A DNA stretch of 36,207 nucleotides from Bradymonadia bacterium (GCA_046290225.1 JBKAGE010000066.1:1-36207); one strand, 5' to 3'. Numbered from the stretch's first letter, positions 8,726 to 19,900 are shown. The notes: generated from the sequence alone by a model not told the origin. Made by a program: numbers and translations.

Positions 8726-10273
8726 GTGGCGTCGGAGAAGATGATGGGTCCCCCTGTTTCGCCTGCCTCGACAGAAGATCAGGATCTCCTTCGAGATCGT
8801 CTGAGGGTGTACCTGAAGACCCTCTTTTTCATCGCGTGCGCCTTCCACCTCGTCTCGATCCTCACATGGCTGCTGGTTTGGGGCGGTCGAAGCCTGAATG
8901 ACCCCTACAGATTGAAGCTGATGGTGTTGGGCTACGTGATCACGGCGAGTATCGGGGTAGGTTGGTGGCGTGTCGCGCGCCACTCTCTGTCTGTGCAGAG
9001 CCTGGTGATGCTGGATGTCGGGTTGAGCCTGTTCTCGATCTTGAAGAGCAGCCTGGTCATCGTCTCGGCCCCCATGTTCGATCCGGCCTATGGGCTGCTC
9101 GGTTTCGCCCTCAAGCTCTCGTTGAGAGCAGCTCTTTTACCGAGCCCTGCGCTCCGCACACTCTCCGTCGGGCTGGCCTCTCTCGGCATCCTCGGCGCGG
9201 CGCGAGCGATCAGCGTGCGTCCCATGAGCTTCGGAGATGTATGGTTCTATGTGTTGGGCATGGCTTTCGTCGCCGTCACGGTGATTTGCTCTCGGGTCAT
9301 CTACGGGCTGCGACGTGACGTGCGCCATGCGCGCCGGTTGGGCCAGTACGAGCTGATTCGCAAGATCGGTGAGGGTGGGATGGGGGTGGTGTACGAGGCG
9401 ACACACGTGCTGCTGAAGCGGCCCACGGCCCTGAAGCTGTTGCCGGTGGACAAGGTGGGCGCCCAGGCCGTGGCGCGCTTCGAGCGGGAGGTGCATCACA
9501 CGAGCCGGCTGGAGCACCCGAACAGCATCTACATTTATGACTATGGCCACACTCCTGATGGCCAGTTCTACTACGCCATGGAGTACATCGACGGCTTCAC
9601 GCTCGAAGCGCTCGTGCGCCGAGACGGTCCTGTGTCCGACGCTCGAGCGAGGGCGATCGTGCTGCAGGTCGCTCACGCCCTCGCTGAGGCGCACGCGAAG
9701 GGGCTGGTACATCGTGACATCAAGCCGGCGAACATCATGCTGTGCGAGCGGGGCGGGGTACCCGACATGGTGAAGGTCCTCGACTTCGGTCTCGTAAAGT
9801 CGATGGAGGGGACAGAAGTAGAAGCTCAACTCACACACGCCGACGCCATCGTCGGTACAGCGCACTACATGGCACCCGAGGCGCTCAATGGAGATGAGGT
9901 CGGGCCGCAGGCCGATGTGTATGCAGTGGGTGCTGTGGCGTTTTTTCTGCTCACAGGCCAGACACTGTTCTCTGGGAAGTCGATCATCGAGGTCTGCGCC
10001 AAGCACCTCAACGCGCCACCGACGCCGCCCTCGGCGCTTGCCGAAGAGCCGATTGACCCGAGTTTCGAAGCGCTCATCATGCAGATGGTGAGCAAGTCCA
10101 CTGCCGAGCGGCCCCGTGACGGCGTTGCGCTCGTGCATGCCCTGAAGGCCCTCGAGCTGTCAGGGTGGGCGTTGGAAGACGCCGAGCAATGGTGGAGGAC
10201 TCATCGACCCGAGCAGGTGGTAGTCACAGGGACAGAGCCCACTCAGCTGGCCATCGAACTCCATGAACGGTGA
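8726..10273 (+). CDS. Membrane-bound Hanks-type Ser/Thr protein kinase (paralog 2)
   Basis: Same architecture and catalytic motifs as paralog 1. Start is GTG 8726 (GAGGAG RBS) or ATG 8741. Confidence 0.92.
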   Translation: MASEKMMGPPVSPASTEDQDLLRDRLRVYLKTLFFIACAFHLVSILTWLLVWGGRSLNDPYRLKLMVLGYVITASIGVGWWRVARHSLSVQSLVMLDVGLSLFSILKSSLVIVSAPMFDPAYGLLGFALKLSLRAALLPSPALRTLSVGLASLGILGAARAISVRPMSFGDVWFYVLGMAFVAVTVICSRVIYGLRRDVRHARRLGQYELIRKIGEGGMGVVYEATHVLLKRPTALKLLPVDKVGAQAVARFEREVHHTSRLEHPNSIYIYDYGHTPDGQFYYAMEYIDGFTLEALVRRDGPVSDARARAIVLQVAHALAEAHAKGLVHRDIKPANIMLCERGGVPDMVKVLDFGLVKSMEGTEVEAQLTHADAIVGTAHYMAPEALNGDEVGPQADVYAVGAVAFFLLTGQTLFSGKSIIEVCAKHLNAPPTPPSALAEEPIDPSFEALIMQMVSKSTAERPRDGVALVHALKALELSGWALEDAEQWWRTHRPEQVVVTGTEPTQLAIELHER

Positions 10274-10385
10274 GACACCGGGCAGAAAGCTACACTGTGC
10301 CCTCGTGGTGGGCTGGTTATACTGCGACGTTGCTGTGCATCTGCTTGAAACCCTGAAGAGATTCTGTGCCTGAGGCTGTCGTTAC

Positions 10386-12398
10386 GTGATCGACATATCC
10401 ACCCTCAATCCCCAGCAGCGCGACGCCGTCGTCACCACCGAGGGCCCATTGCTGGTGCTCGCCGGTGCCGGCTCGGGCAAGACCCGGGTGATCACCCATC
10501 GCATTGCGTGGTTGCTGGCTCAGGGGGTGCCTGCGGAGCGGATCCTCGCGGTGTCGTTCACCAACAAGGCCGCCGGGGAGATGCAGGAGCGCATCGTGCA
10601 GCTGGTGGGTCCTGCGGGGCGAACCGTGCTGGCGAGCACGTTCCACGCCCTGGGGCTGCGGTTCATCCGGCAGGAGTACGAGGCCGCAGGGCTGTCGAAG
10701 ACCTTCACGATTCTCGACGAGGGCGATCAGCTCGCCGCTGTACGCGACTGCCTCACCGCCTGCGGCTACGACACCACCAAGTTCGACCCCAAGGCGGTGC
10801 TGGCCCGCATCAGCCACTACAAGAACCTGCTCATGTCGCCGGCCCCGGAGGCTTCTGACTTCGATCAGGTGGTGGGCCGGGTGATGCCCCTCTACAAGCG
10901 TCGACTACGGGCCATGAGCGCAGTCGATTTCGACGATCTCATCGGGCTGCCGGTGACCCTGCTGGAGACCTCAGAAGAGATCGCCCTGCGGTGGGCCTGG
11001 CGGTTCCGCTACATCATGGTGGACGAATTCCAGGACACGAACGGGGCCCAGCTGCGGTTCATCAAGGCTCTCGGCCGGGGCTCGGGCAACGTGTGCGTTG
11101 TGGGAGACGACGATCAGTCCATCTACGCGTGGCGTGGGGCCGTCGCCGGGAACATCCTGCGCTTCGACGAGCACTTCCCCGGGGCCAAGAGCATCTTCCT
11201 CACCCAGAACTACCGGTCGACGAACTGCATCCTGCGGTGCGCCAACCACGTCATCGCCAACAACGTCGAGCGCCATGTCAAAGAGCTGTGGAGCGAGAAC
11301 GGCGATGGCGAGATGGTCCGCTACAAGCTCTGCGAGAACGACGAAGAAGAGTCCCACTGGATCGCCACCGATCTGCTGTTGCAACGCAACGCCCGGAAGC
11401 TGCCCTGGTCGAGCTTCGCCGTGCTCTATCGCACCAACGTGCAGGCCCGCACTGTAGAAGACGCCATGCGGGTGGCCGACATCCCCTATCGCATCGTCGG
11501 CGGATCACGATTCTACGACCGTAAAGAGGTCCGAGATGTCGTGGCCTACATGCGGCTGGTGGTGAACCCCAAGGACGAGGCTGCTCTGCGCCGCGTGATC
11601 AACTACCCCGCCCGTGGGGTGGGGGACTCGAGCATCGAGCGCATTCACGAGCAGGCTCGGGCCTCGGCGACCCCCTTCAACGATCTGGCCCTGAATCACC
11701 CCGACGAGGTGCAGGGTCTGCGGCCCAAGACAGTAAAGGCCCTCATCGATTTGAGGGGCCGCCTCGCGCGCTATCGCGGCTGGTTCGACTCGATGTCCAT
11801 GGCCGAGGCGTCCAGGGCCATGATTCAAGACCTCAACTTCGCCAACGAGATCTTCCGTCGTATTCGGGAGACGCGGGTGGCGCGGAAGAAGCTCGACAAC
11901 GTCGAGGAGGTGCCCAGCGCCCTGGCGGCGTTCTCGAAGCGGGTGCCCGACGCCGAGCTGCCCGACTACCTCGCGAGGCTCTCTCTGGACAGCCGATCTG
12001 AAGAAGATGGCGACGAGCAACGTGACGAAGTGTGCCTGATGACACTCCATAGTTCTAAAGGGCTCGAGTTCGACTCGGTCTACCTTGCTGGAGTGGAAGA
12101 AGGGCTGATGCCCCACCAACGCACCCTCGATGGTGATGGTGAGATCGCCGAAGAAAGGCGTCTGGCATACGTAGGCATCACTCGGGCACGAAAGCTGCTA
12201 ACGCTGAGCGGGGCGAAAATTCGCTTACGCTTTGGGCGGGTTCAACGCCGGAAGCGATCCAGATTCCTGAAGGAGATCCCCGAGCATTTGATAGATGGGG
12301 GCCATTATGGGGATCCGGAGGAACGCAGTGAGGAAGAGCAAAGGGAGCACGCCAAGGCGGCATTCGACGCCATGTCGGCCCTCTTTGACGAGTTGTGA
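10386..12398 (+). CDS. SF1A ATP-dependent DNA helicase, UvrD/Rep/PcrA family (Rep-like C-terminus)
   Basis: LAGAGSGKT, VDEFQDTN, VGDDDQSIYAWRGA, QNYRS, MTLHSSKGLEF and EERRLAYVGITRA. It ends in a short amphipathic helix rather than a UvrD/PcrA Tudor-like tail. Confidence 0.95.
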   Translation: MIDISTLNPQQRDAVVTTEGPLLVLAGAGSGKTRVITHRIAWLLAQGVPAERILAVSFTNKAAGEMQERIVQLVGPAGRTVLASTFHALGLRFIRQEYEAAGLSKTFTILDEGDQLAAVRDCLTACGYDTTKFDPKAVLARISHYKNLLMSPAPEASDFDQVVGRVMPLYKRRLRAMSAVDFDDLIGLPVTLLETSEEIALRWAWRFRYIMVDEFQDTNGAQLRFIKALGRGSGNVCVVGDDDQSIYAWRGAVAGNILRFDEHFPGAKSIFLTQNYRSTNCILRCANHVIANNVERHVKELWSENGDGEMVRYKLCENDEEESHWIATDLLLQRNARKLPWSSFAVLYRTNVQARTVEDAMRVADIPYRIVGGSRFYDRKEVRDVVAYMRLVVNPKDEAALRRVINYPARGVGDSSIERIHEQARASATPFNDLALNHPDEVQGLRPKTVKALIDLRGRLARYRGWFDSMSMAEASRAMIQDLNFANEIFRRIRETRVARKKLDNVEEVPSALAAFSKRVPDAELPDYLARLSLDSRSEEDGDEQRDEVCLMTLHSSKGLEFDSVYLAGVEEGLMPHQRTLDGDGEIAEERRLAYVGITRARKLLTLSGAKIRLRFGRVQRRKRSRFLKEIPEHLIDGGHYGDPEERSEEEQREHAKAAFDAMSALFDEL

Positions 12399-12554
12399 AG
12401 CGCCACGGTCGACGCTGACGTCGGGGGACCGTGCCAAAGTGCACGCCCCCTGACGAAGCAGTGCAGACTGCGGATTTGAGATGGGTAGGGGTCGATCAGG
12501 GTGCGAAAGCATGTCATATCCTGATCGCTCCGTTCACCTGGAAGGAACCGGAAC

Positions 12555-14870
12555 TTGGCCAGACCGAACCTGCTCCTCGTCGACGACGACACACGCAGCC
12601 TCCGGGTGATGGAGGTCTCTCTACGCAACGCTGGCTTCGAGGTGACCACTGCCGGCGATGGTGAAGAGGCCCTGAAGCGTCTCGAGGCCGCGGCGCCCTC
12701 GTTGATCATCTGCGACACCCACATGCCCGGTATGGATGGATACGCGTTCTGCGGGCAGATCAAGGGTGACGATCGCTTCAAGCAGATCCCCTTCGTGTTC
12801 CTCACGGAGCACGGATCCACCGAAGATAAGGTGAAGGGGCTCGAGCTGGGGGTGGACGACTACCTCACCAAGCCCATCTACATCAAAGAGGTCATCACCC
12901 GAGTACAGCTGGTTCTGCAGAAGCACGAGCGCTCCTCGCTGGCCACCATGGAGCGTAAGCGCTTCTACGGCAGCCTCGAGTCCATGGGCGTGGTCGATCT
13001 ACTGCAGACGCTGGAGATGGGCGGTCGCTCTGGGGTGTTGTCCTTCGAACATCAGGTAAAGCCCGCTCAGCTCTGGTTTACCGAGGGCAAGATCATTGAC
13101 GCCGTGGCCGGGCGCCTCACCGGGGCCCAGGCGGTGTACCGCATGCTCACCTGGGAGCAGGGGTCCTTCGAGATCGACTTCTCCGACGTGGATCGCCCTG
13201 CCAGTGTCGATGAGTCTACACAGGCCCTGATCCTCGAAGGCATGCGCCAGGTGGACGAGTGGGGCCGGATGATCGAGCAGCTGCCCTCGATCAACTCGGT
13301 CTTCCACGTGGATTACGCCGAGCTGGCAGAGCGTTTGTCCGATTTGCCGCCGGCGGTGAACGATCTGGTGCGTCTGTTCGACGGCCGCCGCTCGGCACTG
13401 CAGGTCATCTTCGACGGTGATCTCTCCGATCTCGATGCCCTGGCGGCGATCTGCCAGCTCTACTTCGAAGGGGTCATCTACGAGGCCGACGGCCCCGCAG
13501 AGGCCTCGGGCGCTGCCTTGAGCGTACCCCGAGCCGACATCTCGCCCATGGAAGGCCCGGTGCTCGATGCGCCTTTGGGGCCCGTACAGGCAGAGGCCGA
13601 GGTGAAGGGGCTCGTCGACGATCTGCTCACTGCCGCCCGCACGCCGATGCCCAACCCTGGAGGCGCTCGCCTTCAGACGGGTGGTCAGGTCCCCGAGACG
13701 CCGGCGCCGCAGATCAGAGTGCACACACCGATCCCCGAGCCGACCCCAGCGCCTGAGGTGCAAGCACCACCGATCCCCGATGATGCGGGCGACGACTTCA
13801 TGAGCCTCGGCGCCCTGGCGACAGAGCAAGAGGCCGAAGCCCCCGGCGACGACGTGGCTACGGTGCGCAACGCCCTCAACGCCTCGCTCCTCGGCGATGA
13901 CACGCCGGCTCCGGAGAGCAGCACACCAGCCACTCAGGGTGCCAGCGATCGCAGCACGCCTCCGCCGGTCCCCCTTGAAGGGGGTGATGCCAGCGGTGCG
14001 GTGGAAGATCACGCCCACGAGACCGACTTCTTCAACAGCCCCATGCCCGAAGAAGAGGATCTCATCCTCTTCGACGAAGAGCCTTCTGGCCCCATGCCCA
14101 AGTCGGCCTGGGCGGCCATCGTCCTCTTCGGTGGCGCTGTGCTCGGTGTCGCCACCTTCGCCGTCGCCCGCGATGAGGTGGATCCTCAGGTTGTGGAGAA
14201 GGGGGTGGTGCACCACAACTGGCACAACTCGGTGCTCAAGACCCGCACGCCTGCAAAGCAGGTGGCGGCCCTCAAAGATGCCGACTGGCGGGTGTTCCCC
14301 GAGCAGCAGGTTGCCCCTGCGGTCGATCCCGAGGCGGTGGCCGAGGTCGATCCCGAAGCGCCCACTGAGGATCCCGCGATGGTGGCCGAGGCCCCCGCGG
14401 AGACCCCTCCTGCCGCAGCTCAGCCCCCGGCAGAGACCCCCAAGGCTGATCCTGCACCTGAGCAGGTGGCCGAGCAGCCCCCGGCGACGGCCACTGACGA
14501 CAACACCAAAGAGTTCAACAAGCTGCTCAAGAACGGCCTGGCCGCTGTGCGCAAGGAGAACTACGGCAAGGCGGTGAACATCCTCGACAAGGCCCTGGAC
14601 CTCAACCCGCGTCACCCCAAGGCGCTGTTGAACTATGTGCAGGCCACCTTGGAAGAGGGCATGATCAAGAAGTCGCTGCAGGCGGCGAACAAGCTGGTGC
14701 AGATTCAGCCGAAGAACGCCGATGCCTGGATGTTCAAGGGCACGGCTCACCAGGAGCTCAAGCAGAGCAGCAAGGCGGTGGCGGCTTACGAGCGCTTCAT
14801 CGCTCTCAAGCCCAACAGCCCGTACGCTGCTGAGGTGAAGACGATCATCAGTCGGGAGAAAGTGCAGTAA
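12555..14870 (+). CDS. Response regulator: receiver, DUF4388-like domain, Pro/acidic linker, TM helix, C-terminal TPRs
   Basis: Receiver LLVDDD...CDTHMPGMDG...FLT...YLTKP, FYGSLESMGVVDLLQTLEMGGRSGVL (DUF4388/PatA_N-like), TM AWAAIVLFGGAVLGVATFAV and TPR-like repeats. Confidence 0.85.
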   Translation: MARPNLLLVDDDTRSLRVMEVSLRNAGFEVTTAGDGEEALKRLEAAAPSLIICDTHMPGMDGYAFCGQIKGDDRFKQIPFVFLTEHGSTEDKVKGLELGVDDYLTKPIYIKEVITRVQLVLQKHERSSLATMERKRFYGSLESMGVVDLLQTLEMGGRSGVLSFEHQVKPAQLWFTEGKIIDAVAGRLTGAQAVYRMLTWEQGSFEIDFSDVDRPASVDESTQALILEGMRQVDEWGRMIEQLPSINSVFHVDYAELAERLSDLPPAVNDLVRLFDGRRSALQVIFDGDLSDLDALAAICQLYFEGVIYEADGPAEASGAALSVPRADISPMEGPVLDAPLGPVQAEAEVKGLVDDLLTAARTPMPNPGGARLQTGGQVPETPAPQIRVHTPIPEPTPAPEVQAPPIPDDAGDDFMSLGALATEQEAEAPGDDVATVRNALNASLLGDDTPAPESSTPATQGASDRSTPPPVPLEGGDASGAVEDHAHETDFFNSPMPEEEDLILFDEEPSGPMPKSAWAAIVLFGGAVLGVATFAVARDEVDPQVVEKGVVHHNWHNSVLKTRTPAKQVAALKDADWRVFPEQQVAPAVDPEAVAEVDPEAPTEDPAMVAEAPAETPPAAAQPPAETPKADPAPEQVAEQPPATATDDNTKEFNKLLKNGLAAVRKENYGKAVNILDKALDLNPRHPKALLNYVQATLEEGMIKKSLQAANKLVQIQPKNADAWMFKGTAHQELKQSSKAVAAYERFIALKPNSPYAAEVKTIISREKVQ

Positions 14871-14871
14871 A

Positions 14872-15930
14872 ATGCCTCTGGTCCTGGGGGTGGAGACGAG
14901 CTGCGACGAGACCGCGGCGTCGGTGGTGGAAGACGGCCACTGCGTACGCAGCAGCGTGGTGGCCACCCAAATCGACATCCATCGAAAATATGGTGGTGTG
15001 GTGCCCGAGCTGGCGAGCCGGAACCACATCGTGGACATCGTGCCGGTCATCGAAGAGGCCGTGGCTCAGGCGGGGACCACCCTCTCCGATCTCGACGCCA
15101 TCGCTGTGACCCGGGGCCCCGGCCTCGTGGGGGCGTTGCTGGTGGGGTTGCAGGTCTCCAAGGCGCTGGCCTACGCCCACAAGACGCCTTTGGTGGGGGT
15201 GCACCACCTCGCCGGACATCTGCACGCGGTGTTCCTGCACCGGCCAGAAGATCCCCGCCCGGAAGGCCCCCAGGGCGCCCACGTGGCCCTCGCAGTGAGT
15301 GGTGGTCACACGGCGCTGTACCGGGTCGAAGCCCCTGGCGGTGCCATCACTCAGATCGCCAACACCCGAGATGACGCCGCCGGAGAGGCCTTCGACAAGG
15401 TGTCTCGCATGCTGGGGCTGGGCTATCCCGGCGGTCCGGTCATCGAGAAGCTGGCCCGAGATGGCGATCCCACGGCCCACAAGTTCACTCGGGCGCGCTT
15501 CAAGAGCGGTGCCCTCGACTTCAGCTTCAGCGGCCTCAAGACGGCTGTGCGGACGGTGATCCAAAGGTTGCCCGCGTTGCCCGAAGGGCAGGCCCTCGCT
15601 GATCTCGTGGCCAGCTTTCAGGCCGCCGCAGTGGATCAGCTCGTCGATCGCACCGTGAAGGCCGCCCGGGCTCAGGGCGTCACTGATGTGGTGCTCGCCG
15701 GCGGAGTGGCCTGCAACGGGGTGCTTCGAGAGCGCCTCAAAGCAGAGCTTGAAGATCGCGACATCACGCTGCACGTGCCCCCACCGCGCTGGTGCACCGA
15801 CAACGCCGCCATGATCGCCGGCGCAGGCTGGCGTGGGGCCGAGGCCCGATTGGGCACGGGGCACCGCGTCACCGATCGACAGATGAACGCCACGTCGAAC
15901 TGGCCTCTGTCTCAATACTCGCCCACCTGA
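14872..15930 (+). CDS. tsaD: tRNA N6-adenosine threonylcarbamoyltransferase
   Basis: LGVETSCDETAA, GGVVPELASRNH, HHLAGH, SGGHT, DDAAGEAFDK and CTDNAAMIA motifs. Confidence 0.97.
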   Translation: MPLVLGVETSCDETAASVVEDGHCVRSSVVATQIDIHRKYGGVVPELASRNHIVDIVPVIEEAVAQAGTTLSDLDAIAVTRGPGLVGALLVGLQVSKALAYAHKTPLVGVHHLAGHLHAVFLHRPEDPRPEGPQGAHVALAVSGGHTALYRVEAPGGAITQIANTRDDAAGEAFDKVSRMLGLGYPGGPVIEKLARDGDPTAHKFTRARFKSGALDFSFSGLKTAVRTVIQRLPALPEGQALADLVASFQAAAVDQLVDRTVKAARAQGVTDVVLAGGVACNGVLRERLKAELEDRDITLHVPPPRWCTDNAAMIAGAGWRGAEARLGTGHRVTDRQMNATSNWPLSQYSPT

Positions 15931-15966
15931 GCTGCATCGTCCCGCAGCCCTCGAGATCGGCCCCCC

Positions 15967-16821
15967 ATGATCGAGTTCCGTGATCCCCGCCTCGCCCTCA
16001 AGGCCCATGGCCTGTGGGCCAAGAAGCACTTTGGCCAGAACTTCCTCGTGGCCCCCGACGTGCCCAGCCGCATCGCCCACTCGGGCCGCGCCGGCGCCGA
16101 CGACACCGTCTTCGAGATCGGGCCTGGGGTGGGCACCCTCACCCGAGCCCTTGCCGACGTGAGCGGTCGGGTGGTGGCCCTGGAGCGTGATCGCGATCTG
16201 GTGCCGGTGGTGAAGGCTGAGACTGAAGAATTTGGCAATGTGGAGATCAGAGAAGGCGACGTGCTCGACGTGGACTGGCCGGCGTTGTGCGACGAGCTCA
16301 AAGACGAGCGCGGGCAGCCGCCGATCATCTACGGCAACCTGCCCTATCACCTGAGCACGCCCATCATCGTGAGTTTGCTTGAGGCTCACCGCAGCTGGCG
16401 CCGGTGCTGTTTCTTGCTGCAAAAAGAGTTCGCTGATCGCGTGGCTGCGAAGCCTGGCGACAAGCTCTGCGGCAGCCTCTCGGCCCTGGCATGGATGTAC
16501 GCCAAACCGCGCCGGGCTTTCGTGGTCCCTGCAGGCGCATTTCATCCCAAGCCCAAGGTGACCTCAGCGGTGCTGGTGATGGACGCCCGGGAGGCGCCCC
16601 CCGTCGACGTCGGCGACGAGCGGGTGTTCCGGACGATGGTGCGAGCCCTCTTCAATCAACGACGCAAGACCGCCCGCAACGCCCTGAAGCAGGTGTGCGC
16701 AGATCCGGGGCTGGCCCTCGAGAAGGCAGGGCTCGACGCTCGGCGGCGGGGGGAGACCTTCACCCTGGAAGAGCTCGGCGCCTTGAGCCAAGCAGTGGTG
16801 GCATTGCGAGAAGGCGCGTGA
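15967..16821 (+). CDS. rsmA: 16S rRNA adenine dimethyltransferase (KsgA)
   Basis: KKHFGQNFL, EIGPGVGTLT, GNLPYHLSTPI, QKEFADR, FHPKPKVTS and FNQRRKT motifs. Confidence 0.97.
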   Translation: MIEFRDPRLALKAHGLWAKKHFGQNFLVAPDVPSRIAHSGRAGADDTVFEIGPGVGTLTRALADVSGRVVALERDRDLVPVVKAETEEFGNVEIREGDVLDVDWPALCDELKDERGQPPIIYGNLPYHLSTPIIVSLLEAHRSWRRCCFLLQKEFADRVAAKPGDKLCGSLSALAWMYAKPRRAFVVPAGAFHPKPKVTSAVLVMDAREAPPVDVGDERVFRTMVRALFNQRRKTARNALKQVCADPGLALEKAGLDARRRGETFTLEELGALSQAVVALREGA

Positions 16822-16982
16822 GCACACAACACCAGGTTGTGTGTATGCAACATCTCACCTCCAGCCCTCGGTAAAAGCTGGAAACACCTTCGCCGATGGG
16901 TTCATGCTGTCACCGAGCGTAATCATTGCGCCTGACACATGATCCCCGTGGCCTCTCCAGGCCCACACTCGAAGGTGTGCCC

Positions 16983-19900
16983 ATGAAACAGCCCATCAGG
17001 CTCCTCGTGTATGCCGTTCTCACGGCATGTTTGACCTTTGCCTGTGACGATGACGAGACCGGAGATGCCACCCCAGGCGCCGATGCTGCTGCCGGTGCTG
17101 GTGGTGAAGCAGGCAATGGTGGTGCCGGTGGCGAAGCTGGCGCGGGCGGCGAGGCCGGTATGGGCGGCGCTGGTGGTGAAGCAGGCGTGGGTGGCGCTGG
17201 AGGTGAGGCCGGCGCTGGCGGCATGGCCGGTGCCGGTGGGGAAGGGGGCATGGTGATCATGCCCGAGACCTTTGCCATTCGATATCACCGCGCCGATGGT
17301 GCCTATGGTGACTGGACCGCCGAGGGTGATCTCGCTGGCAGCGCTGATGACTTCGGCGCCCTCTACGAAGTGCCTCTCGGCGAGTCGGGCACCATCCCCG
17401 TTCAGCTCTATGGTCCTGGAGGCGAGACCCTCTTTGCGGCCCCCGTAGACGTGAACATCGCCGACGCCCCCGACGGGGTGTGGATCTTCCACGGACAGGA
17501 GACGCCCATGACCCGCGCCCCCATGGGGATCCCCGGTGAGAACCAGGTGGCCATCTACTACCTGCGAGGCGATGACGCCTACGAAGGGTGGGGGCTGCAC
17601 CTCTGGGGCGATGTCGTCGAAGAGACTCTGTGGTCGTTCCCGGCGCCTCAGAACGGCATCGATCCCGACTTCGGCGCATATTGGATCGTCGACGTTGCCG
17701 AAGACGGGGATCGGGTGAACCTCATCGTGCACCTGGGCGACGAGAAAGATCCGGGCCCCGACATGGGCTTCGACATCAGCGATCTCGGCGACATCGTCTT
17801 TGTGGTGAGCGGGTCCACCGACATTCATCCGCTGCCGGTGCAGATCCCCGAGTTCGCCATCGACGGCGCCAAGGCGTTCTGGATCGACGCCGACACTGTG
17901 GCTCTCGACGCCCCTGAGGGATCGACACAGTTCGAACTGCGCTATGCCGAGCAGGCGGGCATGGCAGTGGAGGGCCTCGACATCGCCGGCGGTGAGACCG
18001 TTGGGCTGAGCCCTGTCGACGGTGGTCTCACCGAAGATCAGGCGGCCACCTGGCCCCACCTCGCCCGCAAGCAGGCTTTTGCCCTGCCGGGGAACTTCGA
18101 TCGCGACACCCTGCTGCAGAGCCAGCTCATCGTGGTGGCTCGGGACGACAACGGCGCTGCGCTCTGGGCCACCCGCGTGCAGATGCCTGGGGCCATCGAC
18201 GATCTCTACGGCGACTACGACGGCCCTCTTGGCGCAGTGTATGGCGACAACAACGCCCCTGCCGTCTACCTCTGGGCCCCCACCGCCCACGATGTGAAGC
18301 TGCTCCGGTTCGACGAGGCCCTGAACCCCATTGGGGATCCGGTCGACATGATCCGCACCGACAACGGGGTGTGGTCTGCTGCCGGCGGGGCCGACTGGTA
18401 CGGCACCTACTACCGCTACGAGGTCACCGTGTTCCATCCGGTGACCAACCGCGTGGAGACCACCCAAGTCACTGATCCCTACTCGGTGAGCCTGTCGATG
18501 GATGGTCGCTACACTCACCTCGTGAGCCTGGATGATCCAACCTACATGCCCGAGGGCTGGGCCCAGACGCCGAAGCCCGCCCTCGCGGCTCCGGAGGACA
18601 TCGCCCTCTACGAGCTGCACATCCGGGACTTCAGCGCATGGGACGAGACGGTGCCTGCGGCCCACCGGGGCAAGTTCCTGGCGTTTGGCCACAACGGTGT
18701 GGGCGGCGCCGACGAGTCCGACGGTATGGCCCACCTGAAGGCCTTGCGGCAGGCGGGGCTCAACACCATTCACCTGCTGCCGGCCTTCGACATCGCCACG
18801 GTCATCGAAGATCCAGAAGGTCGGGTGGAGATCACCGACGGCTTCGATCGTTTGTGCGCCCTGAACGAGAACGTGCCCGCGGATATGTGCGCTGAGCACG
18901 GCAACACGCCCATCGCCGATGTGCTGGCGAGCTACGCCGGCGACGGCGTGCAGGCCCAGGCGCTGATGAACTACATGCGCAACCTCGACGGCTTCAACTG
19001 GGGCTACGACCCGCTGCATTACACCGCTCCCGAGGGCAGCTACGCCACTGATCCACACGGCGGCAGCCGAATTCTGGAGTTCCGGCGCATGGTGCAGGCC
19101 CTGGCGGAGGTGGACCTGCGGGTGGTGATGGACGTCGTCTACAACCACACCAACGCCTCGGGCATTGGCGAGAAGTCGGTCCTCGACAAGATCGTGCCCG
19201 GGTACTACCACCGCCTCAGCGTGGAGACGGGCTTCGTAGAGACGAGCACGTGCTGCGCCAACACCGCCACGGAGCACAAGATGATGGAGCGGCTGATGCT
19301 GGACTCCCTCGTCACCTGGGCTCGGGCCTACAAGGTCGACGGCTTCCGCTTCGATCTGATGGGCCACCACATGAAGTCGAACATGATCAAGGTCCGCGAC
19401 GCCTTGCACGCCCTCACCCCTGAGGTCGATGGTGTGGTGGGCTCCGAGATCTACCTCTATGGCGAGGGCTGGAACTTCGGCGAGGTGGCCAGCAACGCCC
19501 GCGGTGTGAACGCCACCCAGCTCAACATGGCGGGTACGGGCATCGGCACCTTCAGCGATCGCCTGCGTGACGCTGTGCGGGGCGGAGGTCCTTTCGACAG
19601 CGAAGGTGATCTGGTCCTCAACCAGGGCTTCATCAACGGGCTCTATGTCGATCCCAGCGATCACCCTGACCGCAACCTCGAGGCTGATCGGGCCAAGCTG
19701 CTCGAGCTGAGCGATCAGATCCGGGTGGGCCTCGCGGGCAACCTCAAACGTTTCCGCATCGTGACCCGTACCGGAGGCACCTCACCGGGATCGCTGGTGG
19801 GTTACAACGGCCAGCCGAGCGGCTACACCGAAGACCCGCAAGAGGTGATCACCTACGTCAGCAAGCACGACAACCAGACCCTCTTCGACAACAACGCCTA

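Noticed and set aside
16879..16893. TGGAAACACCTTCGC as a sigma54 promoter for the pullulanase
   Set aside because: It has GG-N10-GC spacing but matches TGGCAC/TTGC too poorly to call.
16923..19664. Long antisense ORFs (913 aa here; also 12999-15050, 14848-16545, 27453-28898, 30521-31846 and others)
   Set aside because: They are shadow frames of well-supported genes on the opposite strand, expected from strong GC3 bias, and show no recognisable motifs.
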